This document shows, in pieces, positions 1 through 8,528 of a DNA stretch of 30,711 nt. The translations under genes and the position numbers were made by a program. The stretch comes from Pirellulaceae bacterium. GTDB taxonomy: Bacteria; Planctomycetota; Planctomycetia; Pirellulales; Pirellulaceae. The notes below the pieces were generated by a model that worked only from the letters and a program-made list of their open reading frames with translations, did not search any database and had not been told where the DNA came from. The stretch's first letter is position 1; each line of letters opens with the position of its first letter. The DNA lies in assembly GCA_040880405.1 (NCBI GenBank), contig JBBDIM010000090.1:1-30711 (forward strand), in the 5' to 3' direction.

Positions 1-314
1 CACGAAGCAGCGTCTGGAGAATGATGGTCGGATCAAAAGAATTGGAAACGCGGAGGCGCTGAGATCGCAGAGACAAAACCTGTGCGAAAGGCTTCCCTCT
101 GCGCCCTCAGCGTCTCTGCGTTTCAATCCCGCCCGGCAGTGCCGGATAACCACTCTTTCCGGCTCACCCACGCGATCCTCGTTGCGAAAAATCTCCGCGG
201 CCGAAGAAGAAAACGATCGTTAGTAGCACGAATGGGAGCGTTGGTGCGAGGGACCAACGATTTCTCGACCGCCACCGTTGAAACCTGGAAAGCGGAATTT
301 TCGCGGGTTGCTTT

Positions 315-340
315 TCATGTCATTCGTGTGATTCGTGGTT
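315..340. repeat. 26-bp direct repeat copy 1, tcatgtcattcgtgtgattcgtggtt; copy 2 is at 921-946
   Basis: Read directly from the sequence. Two near-identical copies (about 23/26 identical) lie about 600 bp apart and bracket hairpin units A and B. Confidence 0.6.
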
Positions 341-374
341 AAAAAAAGAGTCGCGGATTTTGACTTCGCCCCCA

Positions 375-448
375 GGGGATGAGTTCAATTACAAAGAGTC
401 GGAGGTCCAGAAGTTCCGGCCGCGGTCCCCGTAATTGACCTTATCCCC
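375..448 (+). repeat. Hairpin repeat unit A. An 18-bp stem, GGGGATGAGTTCAATTAC paired with GTAATTGACCTTATCCCC, encloses a ~38-nt loop that begins AAAGAGTCGG.
   Basis: The two arms are reverse complements with 1 wobble and 1 mismatch. The same unit recurs at 538-612, 3953-4026 and 4121-4194. Confidence 0.8.
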
Positions 449-537
449 GTACGAGGTTGGCGGGCGAACCAATCGCCGCCGCGGGGTTGTCCGGTCAATG
501 GGAGAGAAATTCTGGTTTTCAAAATAGAGCGTTTGGA

Positions 538-612
538 GGGGGATAAGGTCAATTACGGGTGCCGCGGACTAGGGTTCTATGCCGCCGACTCTTTGTAATT
601 GAACTCATCCCC
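538..612 (-). repeat. Hairpin repeat unit B, the same family as unit A in inverted orientation
   Basis: GGGGGATAAGGTCAATTAC ... CCGACTCTTTGTAATTGAACTCATCCCC is the reverse complement of the unit A pattern. A and B together form a ~240-bp composite palindrome. Confidence 0.8.
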
Positions 613-920
613 TGTCGCTTCTGCTTGCCCTCGGTGGCTAAAAAATCTCTCGCCAAGCCGCAAAGGGGGAGAAAATGAACCGGCCGACTCGTGATTTGTG
701 TCGGCCCTGCGGGGCTTTCCGCTGCGGTGCCTGCTCACGCGGCAAGCGGGCCGTCAGGCACCACGGGAAACTTCAACAACCGAAAACAACGGGGATGCCG
801 ATGGCATGCGGCGCATACGCCGGATCGCACCCATTGTCCCCTTTCTTTGATTCGAACTTCACGCAGTCCCGGAAAAGCTTCAGCACCTCACCCAACATTT
901 CACACCATCCCTTTCCCTTT

Positions 921-946
921 TCGTGTCATTCGTGTGTTTCGTGGTT
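921..946. repeat. 26-bp direct repeat copy 2, tcgtgtcattcgtgtgtttcgtggtt
   Basis: Matches 315-340 at about 23/26 positions. Confidence 0.6.
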
Positions 947-1465
947 GATCGTTCAAATTTGAAGTTGGCGTGTACCTTTAGGCAATTAATCAAACCCCAC
1001 CTTCTCGCCTCCGTGAGCTCGGTGGCTAAAACCTTAACCCCGGGTGCCATTTTGAATGGGGGAAAGTCGGGTCTTCCGTATCCGTTTGGAAGACATATGG
1101 AGTTGCCCACGCATGAGACAGCGGAACGGCCACGGCCCGGTTGGTCGGCCGTGTTCGGGGCTAAAAAAGCGGATTCTCTTTTGTGCCGGAGTAATAAGAC
1201 CTGTTCACGCTGCCATTTTCAGGGAATCGCCGATTTTTTGAGGAATTGGTTTGACGAGCGTTTTTACCCACTCCAAGATACGGTAGATGGGAGAAATCTG
1301 GACAACCACGCCAATATTTCCCGGCCTGGAGCGAATCTCCGGGTGAAGTATTTAGTGCGCCTAACTTAACTCAACAATCGGCATTTTTCCCGAGGAATTC
1401 AGGCCGATGAGCGAGATTTTGTCAGGGGGTCTCAGGGGTTCTCGTCTCGGTTAAGGACTACGGGC

Positions 1466-2044
1466 ATGTATTGGCTATTTCTCTGGTGTGCGGTCCTCGC
1501 CGGTAGCGTGTTTCTGATTCAATCGCTGCTGGCGGTGATGGGGTTCGGCCTGGATGAGCTCGATATCCCAGATGATATTCCCGACGATCTACCCGCTGAT
1601 GGCGATACGTTTTCCGCCGATCATGGTTCCACCTGGTTGTTCGGCGTAATCTCATTCCGAACAATCGTCGCGGCGCTTACCTTTTTCGGCTTAGCGGGCC
1701 TCGCGACCGACAGCGCTGGCGCGACCGCGCCGGTTTCACTAACGGTTGCCATCTTGGTTGGTTTGGCCGCGATGTACTCGGTGTACTGGCTGATGAAGGT
1801 GATGATGGGACTGGGCCAGGATGGATCTCTCCGCATTGAAAACTCCGTCGGTCTGACCGGCACGGTTTACATCCCGATCCCAGGCGAGAGTGCCGGAACC
1901 GGTAAGATTCAGATGAAGCTGCAAAACCGAATCATCGAATACGCGGCCCAGACTGCGGACAAAGAACGGCTCTCAACCGGTACCCAAGTTCGCGTCGTGG
2001 AGGTGATTAGCCCCACGACCTTGCAGGTTGCTCGGCTTGAGTAA
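1466..2044 (+). CDS. NfeD/YqiJ-like inner-membrane protein: transmembrane helices followed by a C-terminal OB-fold
   Basis: N-terminal hydrophobic segments separated by an acidic DIPDDIPDDLPADGD stretch. The C-terminus (GTVYIPIPGESAGTGKIQMKLQNRIIEYAAQT...VRVVEV) is NfeD-like. It sits directly upstream of a flotillin gene, which is the classic yqiJ-yqiK / yuaF-yuaG arrangement. Confidence 0.75.
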   Translation: MYWLFLWCAVLAGSVFLIQSLLAVMGFGLDELDIPDDIPDDLPADGDTFSADHGSTWLFGVISFRTIVAALTFFGLAGLATDSAGATAPVSLTVAILVGLAAMYSVYWLMKVMMGLGQDGSLRIENSVGLTGTVYIPIPGESAGTGKIQMKLQNRIIEYAAQTADKERLSTGTQVRVVEVISPTTLQVARLE

Positions 2045-2295
2045 AATCGGCCCGGTCGGGGCAGTCGTTGTAACCGCCGCAAGCGGAACAATTGACACAG
2101 CATCTGGGAACAAACCGCCGGGAATCCACTTTCCTCGGCGGGTTGCGTGGCCTAAATCCTCGTAGTGACCTTTGCGCGCTCCCCCTAAGAGTGGCGATTG
2201 GACGAGGTCCCTAGCAAATCGGTCAAATCGTCATTTACCACGATCGCGTGCCGCGATTGTTCATCAATTGAATCCGCGAATCAAGGAATCACTCC

Positions 2296-3939
2296 ATGCT
2301 GACATCGCTCGCACTTTTCGCCCAGGAAACAAATATCCCTCCTGTCTATATCTTCATGGGCATTGCGGTCATCCTGATTGTGTTGACGTTCTTCGGCATG
2401 TTGATCCTGCTCAAAAAGCAGTACAAACGCTGCCCCAGTAACCGCGTGCTGGTCATCTACGGTCGAACCGGCAAGGGAGCCGCTTCTCGGACCATTCATG
2501 GTGGTGCCTCGTTTGTGATTCCGCTGATCCAGGACTGGGCCTACCTCAGCTTGGAGCCGATTCAGATTGAAATCCCGCTGCGTGGCGCGCTGTCGTCGGA
2601 AAACATCCGCGTCAACGTACCTAGCGTGTTCACCGTCGCGATCGGCACCACCGCCGGCGTGATGGACAACGCGGCGGTTCGCCTGCTCGGGTTGTCCACC
2701 ATGGAAGTTCGCAAGCAAGCCGAGGAAATGATCTTCGGTCAATTGCGGCAGGTGATTGCCTCGATGAAGATCGAAGAGATCAACCGCGACCGCGATACCT
2801 TCCTCGAACATATCCAATCGTCGCTCGAACCGGAGCTCAACAAGATCGGGCTGGTCCTGATCAACGTGAACATCACCGACATCACCGACGAGTCGGGCTA
2901 TATCGACGCCATCGGGCAAAAGGCGGCATCGCTGGCCATTCAACTGGCTCGCGGTGACGTGGCCGACAACGAGAAAATGGGTGAAGTCCGCGTGGCCGAG
3001 GCTAATCGCGATCAAGAGGTCCAAGTGGCCACCGCACACAAGCTGCGAACCATCGGGACGCGCGAGGCCCAGCGCGATCAGGCGATCCGCGTGGCGGAGA
3101 TGGAAAAAGAACAAACCGTGGGCGAGCGGACCGCCGAGTACGAACGGGAGGCCCAGGTTAAAGACGCCGAGCGTCAAAAGCGGATTCGCATGGCGGAAGC
3201 GGACGCCACGGCGATCGAAGGGGAAAACCTTTCGCAAGCCAAAATCGCGGCCTCGCAAGCGGAACTCGCGGTTCGCCGAGCCGAGGCCTACCAGTTGGGT
3301 GAGACGCGCAAAAAGGAAGCGGAGGCGGGCGTGATCGAAGCCCAGAACCGGGCCATGGCGAAGGCCGCGATCGCCGAAGCGGAAAAAGTCGAAGCGGAGA
3401 AACGAGCCTTGCTCGAAGCTCCCGCCAAAGCGGAAAAAGCGAAGGTGGAAGTCGACGCCACCGCGGAAGCGTCACGACGTCGAATTCTGGCCGCTGCGGA
3501 AGCGGATGCGATCTTCGCCAAGTTGGAGGCGGAAGCCCGTGGTGAATATGAGAAACTGGCCAAAAAGGGTGAAGGCTTGGCGCGGATCGTCGAAGCGTGC
3601 GGGAGCAGCAAAGAGGCCTTCCAGTTGCTGCTGCTGGAACACCTAGACAACCTGGCCGATTCGTCCGCCAAGGCGATCTCGAACATCAAGTTCGACAAGA
3701 TCGTGGTCTGGGAGAACGGGGGCAAGGATGGCAAATCAAACACCGCCGACTTCCTGAGCGGGATGGCGAAAACCTTGCCGCCGATGATGCAAGTGATGAA
3801 AGATATCGGCGGTGTCGAGCTGCCGGAATCGCTGATCCGATTCACCGAAGGGGCCGAACCGATCACCTCCACCAACGGCGAAGAGCCAGTGGCAGCCGAA
3901 CCGGTTCCGCCGACCGACAGAGAGCGGCGGAAGAAGTAA
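2296..3939 (+). CDS. Flotillin / band-7 (SPFH domain) protein, YqiK/FloT-like
   Basis: N-terminal transmembrane segment (IFMGIAVILIVLTFFGMLILL), an SPFH-domain region, then a long Glu/Ala-rich coiled coil (AEAEKVEAEKRALLEAPAKAEKAKVEVDATAEA). 547 aa, paired with the NfeD gene. Confidence 0.85.
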   Translation: MLTSLALFAQETNIPPVYIFMGIAVILIVLTFFGMLILLKKQYKRCPSNRVLVIYGRTGKGAASRTIHGGASFVIPLIQDWAYLSLEPIQIEIPLRGALSSENIRVNVPSVFTVAIGTTAGVMDNAAVRLLGLSTMEVRKQAEEMIFGQLRQVIASMKIEEINRDRDTFLEHIQSSLEPELNKIGLVLINVNITDITDESGYIDAIGQKAASLAIQLARGDVADNEKMGEVRVAEANRDQEVQVATAHKLRTIGTREAQRDQAIRVAEMEKEQTVGERTAEYEREAQVKDAERQKRIRMAEADATAIEGENLSQAKIAASQAELAVRRAEAYQLGETRKKEAEAGVIEAQNRAMAKAAIAEAEKVEAEKRALLEAPAKAEKAKVEVDATAEASRRRILAAAEADAIFAKLEAEARGEYEKLAKKGEGLARIVEACGSSKEAFQLLLLEHLDNLADSSAKAISNIKFDKIVVWENGGKDGKSNTADFLSGMAKTLPPMMQVMKDIGGVELPESLIRFTEGAEPITSTNGEEPVAAEPVPPTDRERRKK

Positions 3940-3952
3940 ACGCGTTTGAACC

Positions 3953-4026
3953 GGGGATGAGTTCAATTACAAAGAGTCGGCGGCCTAGAACCCTAATCCG
4001 CAGCACCCGTAATTGAACTTATCCCC
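3953..4026 (+). repeat. Hairpin repeat unit C, same family as unit A; the 18-bp stem has a single G-U wobble
   Basis: GGGGATGAGTTCAATTACAAAGAGTCGG...GTAATTGAACTTATCCCC. Begins 14 bp after the flotillin stop codon. Confidence 0.8.
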
Positions 4027-4120
4027 CTCTGCGAAACGCTCCATCTTCAATACGGGAAATCAGCTCTAATTGACCGGGCACCCCAAGGGCAACGATTGGT
4101 TCGCACGCCAAGCTTCGTAC

Positions 4121-4194
4121 GGGGATAAGGTCAATTACGGGGACCGCGGCTGGAACTTCTTAACCACCGACTCTTTGTAATTGAACTCATCCCC
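4121..4194 (-). repeat. Hairpin repeat unit D, the inverted partner of unit C
   Basis: GGGGATAAGGTCAATTACGG...CCGACTCTTTGTAATTGAACTCATCCCC. Ends 11 bp before the stop codon of the convergent permease gene. Units C and D probably act as a bidirectional terminator or REP-like element. Confidence 0.8.
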
Positions 4195-4204
4195 TTCTGG
4201 CCAC

Positions 4205-5191
4205 TCAGCCTGTTTCCGTTGGTGCGATAGGCATTTCCCGCTTGGTTCGGCGATTGGCGACCACCCGGCGGACGATCTCGTCGAAGATCACGCCAATCAA
4301 AATCACCACGCCAATCACCGTCCCTTCCAGCTCGGCGAATCGTAGCGTCTCAATCGCCTGGTACAGCATCCGCAAGATTGCCGTGCCAATCAGTACTCCG
4401 ACGATCGACCCGACTCCGCCCCGCAAACTACAACCACCCAGCACCGCGGCGGCGATGGCATACAGCTCGAAAAAGGTGCCGGTGGTGTTCGGGGCGACGC
4501 TCCCCAGGTCGATGGCAAACAGAATGCCGGTCACACCCGCCAAGAACGAACAGATGATGTAGGCGGCGATCGTGACGTTATCGGTTTGGATGCCGCTGTA
4601 CCGCGCGGCCTGCTCGTTGTTTCCCAGGGCCTTCAGGTAGCGGCCAAACACGGTGCGGTTTAGTGCCACACCCGCCACCAACGCCACGCCACCTAGCATC
4701 CAGAGCGGCAGCGGCAGGCCCCACAATTTGGAAGCGGTCAGGTACTTGAGACTCTCTCCCGAGTCGCTCACCACAAACCCCGACACCATGTCGTCGCCTG
4801 TCAAATACCGCGCGATACTCCGCAGGACCAACAATCCGCAGAGCGTTACCACGAACGGCTGGAGTTTGAGTTTGGTGATGAGGAGCCCATAGATCAGCCC
4901 AATTAGTGCGGCCATGGTCAAAACCACCACCATCGCCAGATAGGGATTCATGTTGTACTCAAGAATCAGAATCCCGAACTGCGCGCCAATCAGCGCGATC
5001 ATCGAGCCGATCGACAGGTCGATCCCCCCGGAAATAATCACGAACGCGGCCCCAATCGTCATGATGCCGTACAGCCCCGTCCAGCGGAGCATCGTGCCGA
5101 TACTGCTTTGTGAAGCGAACAACGGTTCCATCTGCCGCGTGAGCAGGAAGATCGCGATCAGCAGCATCCCCAGCACGATATTCTTTAGCAT
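4205..5191 (-). CDS. Sugar ABC transporter permease, RbsC/CUT2-family-like
   Basis: 328 aa and highly hydrophobic, with about 8-10 predicted transmembrane helices. Adjacent to and co-oriented with a two-domain ABC ATPase and a binding protein. Confidence 0.8.
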   Translation of the reverse strand: MLKNIVLGMLLIAIFLLTRQMEPLFASQSSIGTMLRWTGLYGIMTIGAAFVIISGGIDLSIGSMIALIGAQFGILILEYNMNPYLAMVVVLTMAALIGLIYGLLITKLKLQPFVVTLCGLLVLRSIARYLTGDDMVSGFVVSDSGESLKYLTASKLWGLPLPLWMLGGVALVAGVALNRTVFGRYLKALGNNEQAARYSGIQTDNVTIAAYIICSFLAGVTGILFAIDLGSVAPNTTGTFFELYAIAAAVLGGCSLRGGVGSIVGVLIGTAILRMLYQAIETLRFAELEGTVIGVVILIGVIFDEIVRRVVANRRTKREMPIAPTETG

Positions 5192-5197
5192 GGTTGT

Positions 5198-6730
5198 TTA
5201 GCCTTTTGACTCTTGAACTTGCTCCGCCTGAAGCGGTCCGCCGGTCGCCAGATTCATTACCGCCTCTTCGCTCAGTTGGTCGCGACTCAGGCACCCCGCG
5301 AGACGCCCCTCGTGCATCACCAGGGCCCGGTCCGCCATCCCCAGAATCTCCTCCAGCTCGCTGGAGACAAACAGAATGGCGACCCCCTGTTTGGCCAGCG
5401 ATTCCATCAATTCGTAGATCTCATGCTTGGCCCCGATATCGATGCCTCGGGTCGGCTCATCCAACAGCAGCACCTTCGGCTTCATTGCCAACCACTTGGC
5501 GATCACCACCTTTTGCTGGTTACCACCGGACAGATACCGAATCACCTGCGCCGGCCCCGGAGTTTTGACCCGCATTCGATCGATCATCTCCAAGGCCAAC
5601 GAGCGCTCACGCCGACCATCGACCAACGCCATCCGTGACATTCCAGCGAGCGCCGGCAGCGAGATGTTTTCCCGCACGTCCATATCCAGCACGAGCCCCT
5701 GCAGCTTACGATCCTCCGGGACCAGGAACACACCGTGGGCAATCGCGTCGCGGGGAGAGCGAATCCGGCAAGCCTGACCTGCGATTTCAATCTCCCCCTG
5801 TTCCGCCGGAGCAATCCCGAACAGGGTGTTTAGAAGCTCAGTCCGGCCCGCCCCCACAAGTCCCGAAAGGCCGACAATCTCGCCCCGGCGGAGCTCGAAA
5901 TCGAGCGACTCCTCCGGATGAGTCGGAGTCCGCAGCCCGGCCGCTTGCAGGACCAACTCTCCCGGCGGGTGGCAGACATGGGCATAGAATTGGCTGAGGT
6001 CACGTCCGACCATCAGGCGGACCATGTTCTCGTGCGTGATTTCTTGGTGAGGCAGTTCGCCACTGTTTTGGCCGTCCCGCAGTGCGACCACGCGATCGGA
6101 AACCCGCCGCACCTCTCCCAGCCGATGAGAAATGTAGAGGATACTCACCCCCTTGGCCCGCAACGACTGGATGACCGTAAACAGGGCCTCCACCTCGCGC
6201 GAGGAAAGGCTGGAGGTGGGCTCGTCCATGATCAAGAGCCGCGCGTTGCACGAGAGGGCTTTGGCAATTTCAACCAGTTGCTGCTGGCCAATCGAAAGCT
6301 CCGCCAGCGGCGTCTCAGGGGAGAGGCTCAGGCCGACTTGCCGTAAGACGTCGACCGACTGCTTGCGAATCTCACGATGAGAAATAAAACCGCAGACGCG
6401 CGGTTCCCGCCCCAAGAAGATGTTCCCGCCGACGGTCAAGTTATCGCACAGGTTCAGTTCCTGATGAATGAGCGCGATTCCCAACCGCATCGCGTCCTTG
6501 ACGCCGCGAAGTTCCACCAACTCGCCATTCACCTTGATCATCCCGCCATCCGGCGGCTGGATCCCGGCCAGAATCTTCATCAAGGTACTTTTGCCCGCCC
6601 CGTTTTCGCCGATGATGGCGACCGATTCCCCTTGCCCCACGGTCAGGGAAACCTCCACCAAAGCCTTCACCCCGGGAAAGCTTTTCGTGATCCGCTCGGC
6701 TTCCAAAAATGGAGGAGAGTCTGAAGGCAC
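5198..6730 (-). CDS. Sugar ABC transporter ATP-binding protein with tandem ABC domains (RbsA/MglA/XylG-like, CUT2 family)
   Basis: Walker A GENGAGKSTLMKILAG in the first half, a second nucleotide-binding domain, and the LSGGNQQKVVIAKWL signature motif. The 510-aa length is typical of fused CUT2 ATPases. Confidence 0.9.
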   Translation of the reverse strand: MPSDSPPFLEAERITKSFPGVKALVEVSLTVGQGESVAIIGENGAGKSTLMKILAGIQPPDGGMIKVNGELVELRGVKDAMRLGIALIHQELNLCDNLTVGGNIFLGREPRVCGFISHREIRKQSVDVLRQVGLSLSPETPLAELSIGQQQLVEIAKALSCNARLLIMDEPTSSLSSREVEALFTVIQSLRAKGVSILYISHRLGEVRRVSDRVVALRDGQNSGELPHQEITHENMVRLMVGRDLSQFYAHVCHPPGELVLQAAGLRTPTHPEESLDFELRRGEIVGLSGLVGAGRTELLNTLFGIAPAEQGEIEIAGQACRIRSPRDAIAHGVFLVPEDRKLQGLVLDMDVRENISLPALAGMSRMALVDGRRERSLALEMIDRMRVKTPGPAQVIRYLSGGNQQKVVIAKWLAMKPKVLLLDEPTRGIDIGAKHEIYELMESLAKQGVAILFVSSELEEILGMADRALVMHEGRLAGCLSRDQLSEEAVMNLATGGPLQAEQVQESKG

Positions 6731-6741
6731 GATACCGATTC

Positions 6742-7854
6742 CTATTGCGCGGAATACATTTCCGGAACCGGTTTGTCCAGTAGTTCGTCGATCACCCCTT
6801 GGCTGCGTTCCTGGGCGTTGAGCACCTCCATCTTGCCGACGAAGATCATCACGTCACCCCCGTCCGGGATCGCCTCTTTGACCAGCTTGCCGGCGGCTCG
6901 GCCCGCCAAGTAGTTGCCGGTGCCGATGTAGAACAGTCGCTTGCTTTTCGGGGCGTCCGAATCGTGGCAGATCACGACCATCGTTTCGGCCGCTTGATCG
7001 ATCAAACTGGTCTGGCTGTCCGGATCGATCGGGCTGATCGCCAACCCCTGACATCCGTCCCCCATCTTGCGCTCGATGTACCGTTTTTGCTGTTCGGTCG
7101 TGCCGTCCGACGGATGGTACACATCACATTCCGCGTTGAAGATCGGCTCGGCTCGCCGCACACCCGCTTCGGCCAAGTTCCAGAACGGATCGACCGTGTT
7201 GGTGAGAAACCCGATCTTCACCGGTTCGGACGTATCGTAATCATCCCGGTCGTGAGGAGGCGGGGTCCCTTCTCCCGCGTTTATTCGGGCAATCTCCGCC
7301 TGAAACTCAGCGACGTTATCCTGGCGGATCGTTTGATGCGAGATGAAAATTAGTTTGCTATCCGGCACCTCGGGCCCTTGGTCCCGGATGAGGCCGGAAA
7401 GGTACTCGACCGATTTGTAGCCAAAGGCGAACGGCTGCTGCACGATGGTCCCGTGAATCTTGCCCGCCTCGATTCCCCGCAGGGTCGCCTCGTTTTCGTC
7501 GAACCCGACGATCGCGATCTCGTCTAGCTTGCCCGCCTCTTCAACCGCGTTGAGAATCTGCGGCGGATTGTAGGCCCACAGCCCCACCATGCACTTGAGA
7601 TTCGGATTGCCGTTGATCGCCGCTTCGGCGTTTTGCTTGGCCCGGCCATGATCGTTGTTGTCCGTGCGGATTCCGAGAATCCGATACTTGCCCGCTTCAA
7701 TCGGAAACCGATCAGAATCGGCCCTGCCGCTGCTCGTGCGACGACAGCCTGGCAAGGCAATCAGAATGAGACAGACGACGCACAACAGGCGGCGAGCGGC
7801 GATGCCCATGGATGGAACTACCAGCGCGAGGAATGAGTGGGGGAGGGGGAACAA
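6742..7854 (-). CDS. Periplasmic sugar-binding lipoprotein, the ABC substrate-binding protein (RbsB-like). The true start is probably the internal Met at 7809.
   Basis: Lipoprotein signal MGIAARRLLCVVCLILIALPGC, followed by a periplasmic-binding-protein-like alpha/beta sequence. It is the first gene of the minus-strand ABC operon. Confidence 0.75.
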   Translation of the reverse strand: MFPLPHSFLALVVPSMGIAARRLLCVVCLILIALPGCRRTSSGRADSDRFPIEAGKYRILGIRTDNNDHGRAKQNAEAAINGNPNLKCMVGLWAYNPPQILNAVEEAGKLDEIAIVGFDENEATLRGIEAGKIHGTIVQQPFAFGYKSVEYLSGLIRDQGPEVPDSKLIFISHQTIRQDNVAEFQAEIARINAGEGTPPPHDRDDYDTSEPVKIGFLTNTVDPFWNLAEAGVRRAEPIFNAECDVYHPSDGTTEQQKRYIERKMGDGCQGLAISPIDPDSQTSLIDQAAETMVVICHDSDAPKSKRLFYIGTGNYLAGRAAGKLVKEAIPDGGDVMIFVGKMEVLNAQERSQGVIDELLDKPVPEMYSAQ

Positions 7855-7978
7855 GCGAATCGGCAGATAAGGGGAAACCCTAGCACCATGCGGCGATGGT
7901 CAAAAGGGGTTCCCAAGACCGCCATTCTAGGGTGCGAAAGGTTCCAAAGCAACCAACCATTTTGCCCTCCGGCGCATG

Positions 7979-8011
7979 AAAAAACCCGGCGGACACTACG
8001 GCCCGCCGGGT
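7979..8011 (-). terminator. Rho-independent terminator for the small lipoprotein gene
   Basis: Stem ACCCGGCGG / CCGCCGGGT with a 10-nt loop. On the minus strand it is followed by TTTTTT (the complement of the A-run at 7979-7984). Confidence 0.7.
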
Positions 8012-8101
8012 TCATGCAATGCGCACTGATCAGGCGGACCTGCCGCATCCGACCAGGATTTTCGTCGCTCCCGCGATCACGCGGGCCTGGACTTTCAAAG
8101 C

Positions 8102-8320
8102 CTATTCGGGCTCAACTTCGTCCGCTGCGGGTTCGGTCGTCAGATTGCTGGACGGCTCGATCACGTCGTTGGTCAAGTTTCCGCTCGCCGGAGTCTCTTC
8201 ATGCGCGGGAGCCTCTTCGGTGGGATTCGGCGTAACCGGCTCTGGCGGTTTGCAACCGGTAAGCGCAACCGACGCGGCAACAACCAAAAACATCCCGCAC
8301 AATGACTTCATCAAACTCAT
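8102..8320 (-). CDS. Small secreted lipoprotein, Pro/Glu-rich
   Basis: Lipobox MSLMKSLCGMFLVVAASVALTGC. Followed by the terminator at 7979-8011. The overlapping plus-strand ORF 8019-8369 has no comparable signals. Confidence 0.55.
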   Translation of the reverse strand: MSLMKSLCGMFLVVAASVALTGCKPPEPVTPNPTEEAPAHEETPASGNLTNDVIEPSSNLTTEPAADEVEPE

Positions 8321-8528
8321 AGGTAATGCCCTTTTCGAAAAACCTCAAACTCAGACCTTTAGTCTATAGGCTGAAAAGCGATTTCTCAAGCGGGTCAGGT
8401 ATTCGGCACAGGGGTTAAAACGCTCGACATCGTCCTGGGCGATACAACAGGCATATCCGCCTGGTTTTGACCGGAGGGCTGAATCGAGCAAGGCAGTGGT
8501 CGATAACTAGCCAAGGACTCTAGCCCGC

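Noticed and set aside
82-1369. ORFs 82-342, 675-962, 691-948, 923-1369 and 1056-1241 in the leader region
   Set aside because: They contain no recognisable motifs, their composition is atypical (lower GC), and they are peppered with repeats. Two of them end in peptides (VIRVIRG / RVIRVFRG) that are simply translations of the 26-bp direct repeat. They are more likely noncoding.
2281-3875. Long minus-strand ORFs 2281-3258 and 3288-3875, antisense to the flotillin gene
   Set aside because: These are artefacts of high GC and the Ala/Glu-rich coiled-coil coding repeat on the opposite strand. The flotillin reading frame has clear SPFH and transmembrane features.
8019-8369. Plus-strand ORF 8019-8369 overlapping the small lipoprotein gene
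   Set aside because: The minus-strand ORF has a canonical lipobox (LTGC) and is followed by a stem-loop with a T-run oriented for the minus strand. The plus-strand ORF has neither.
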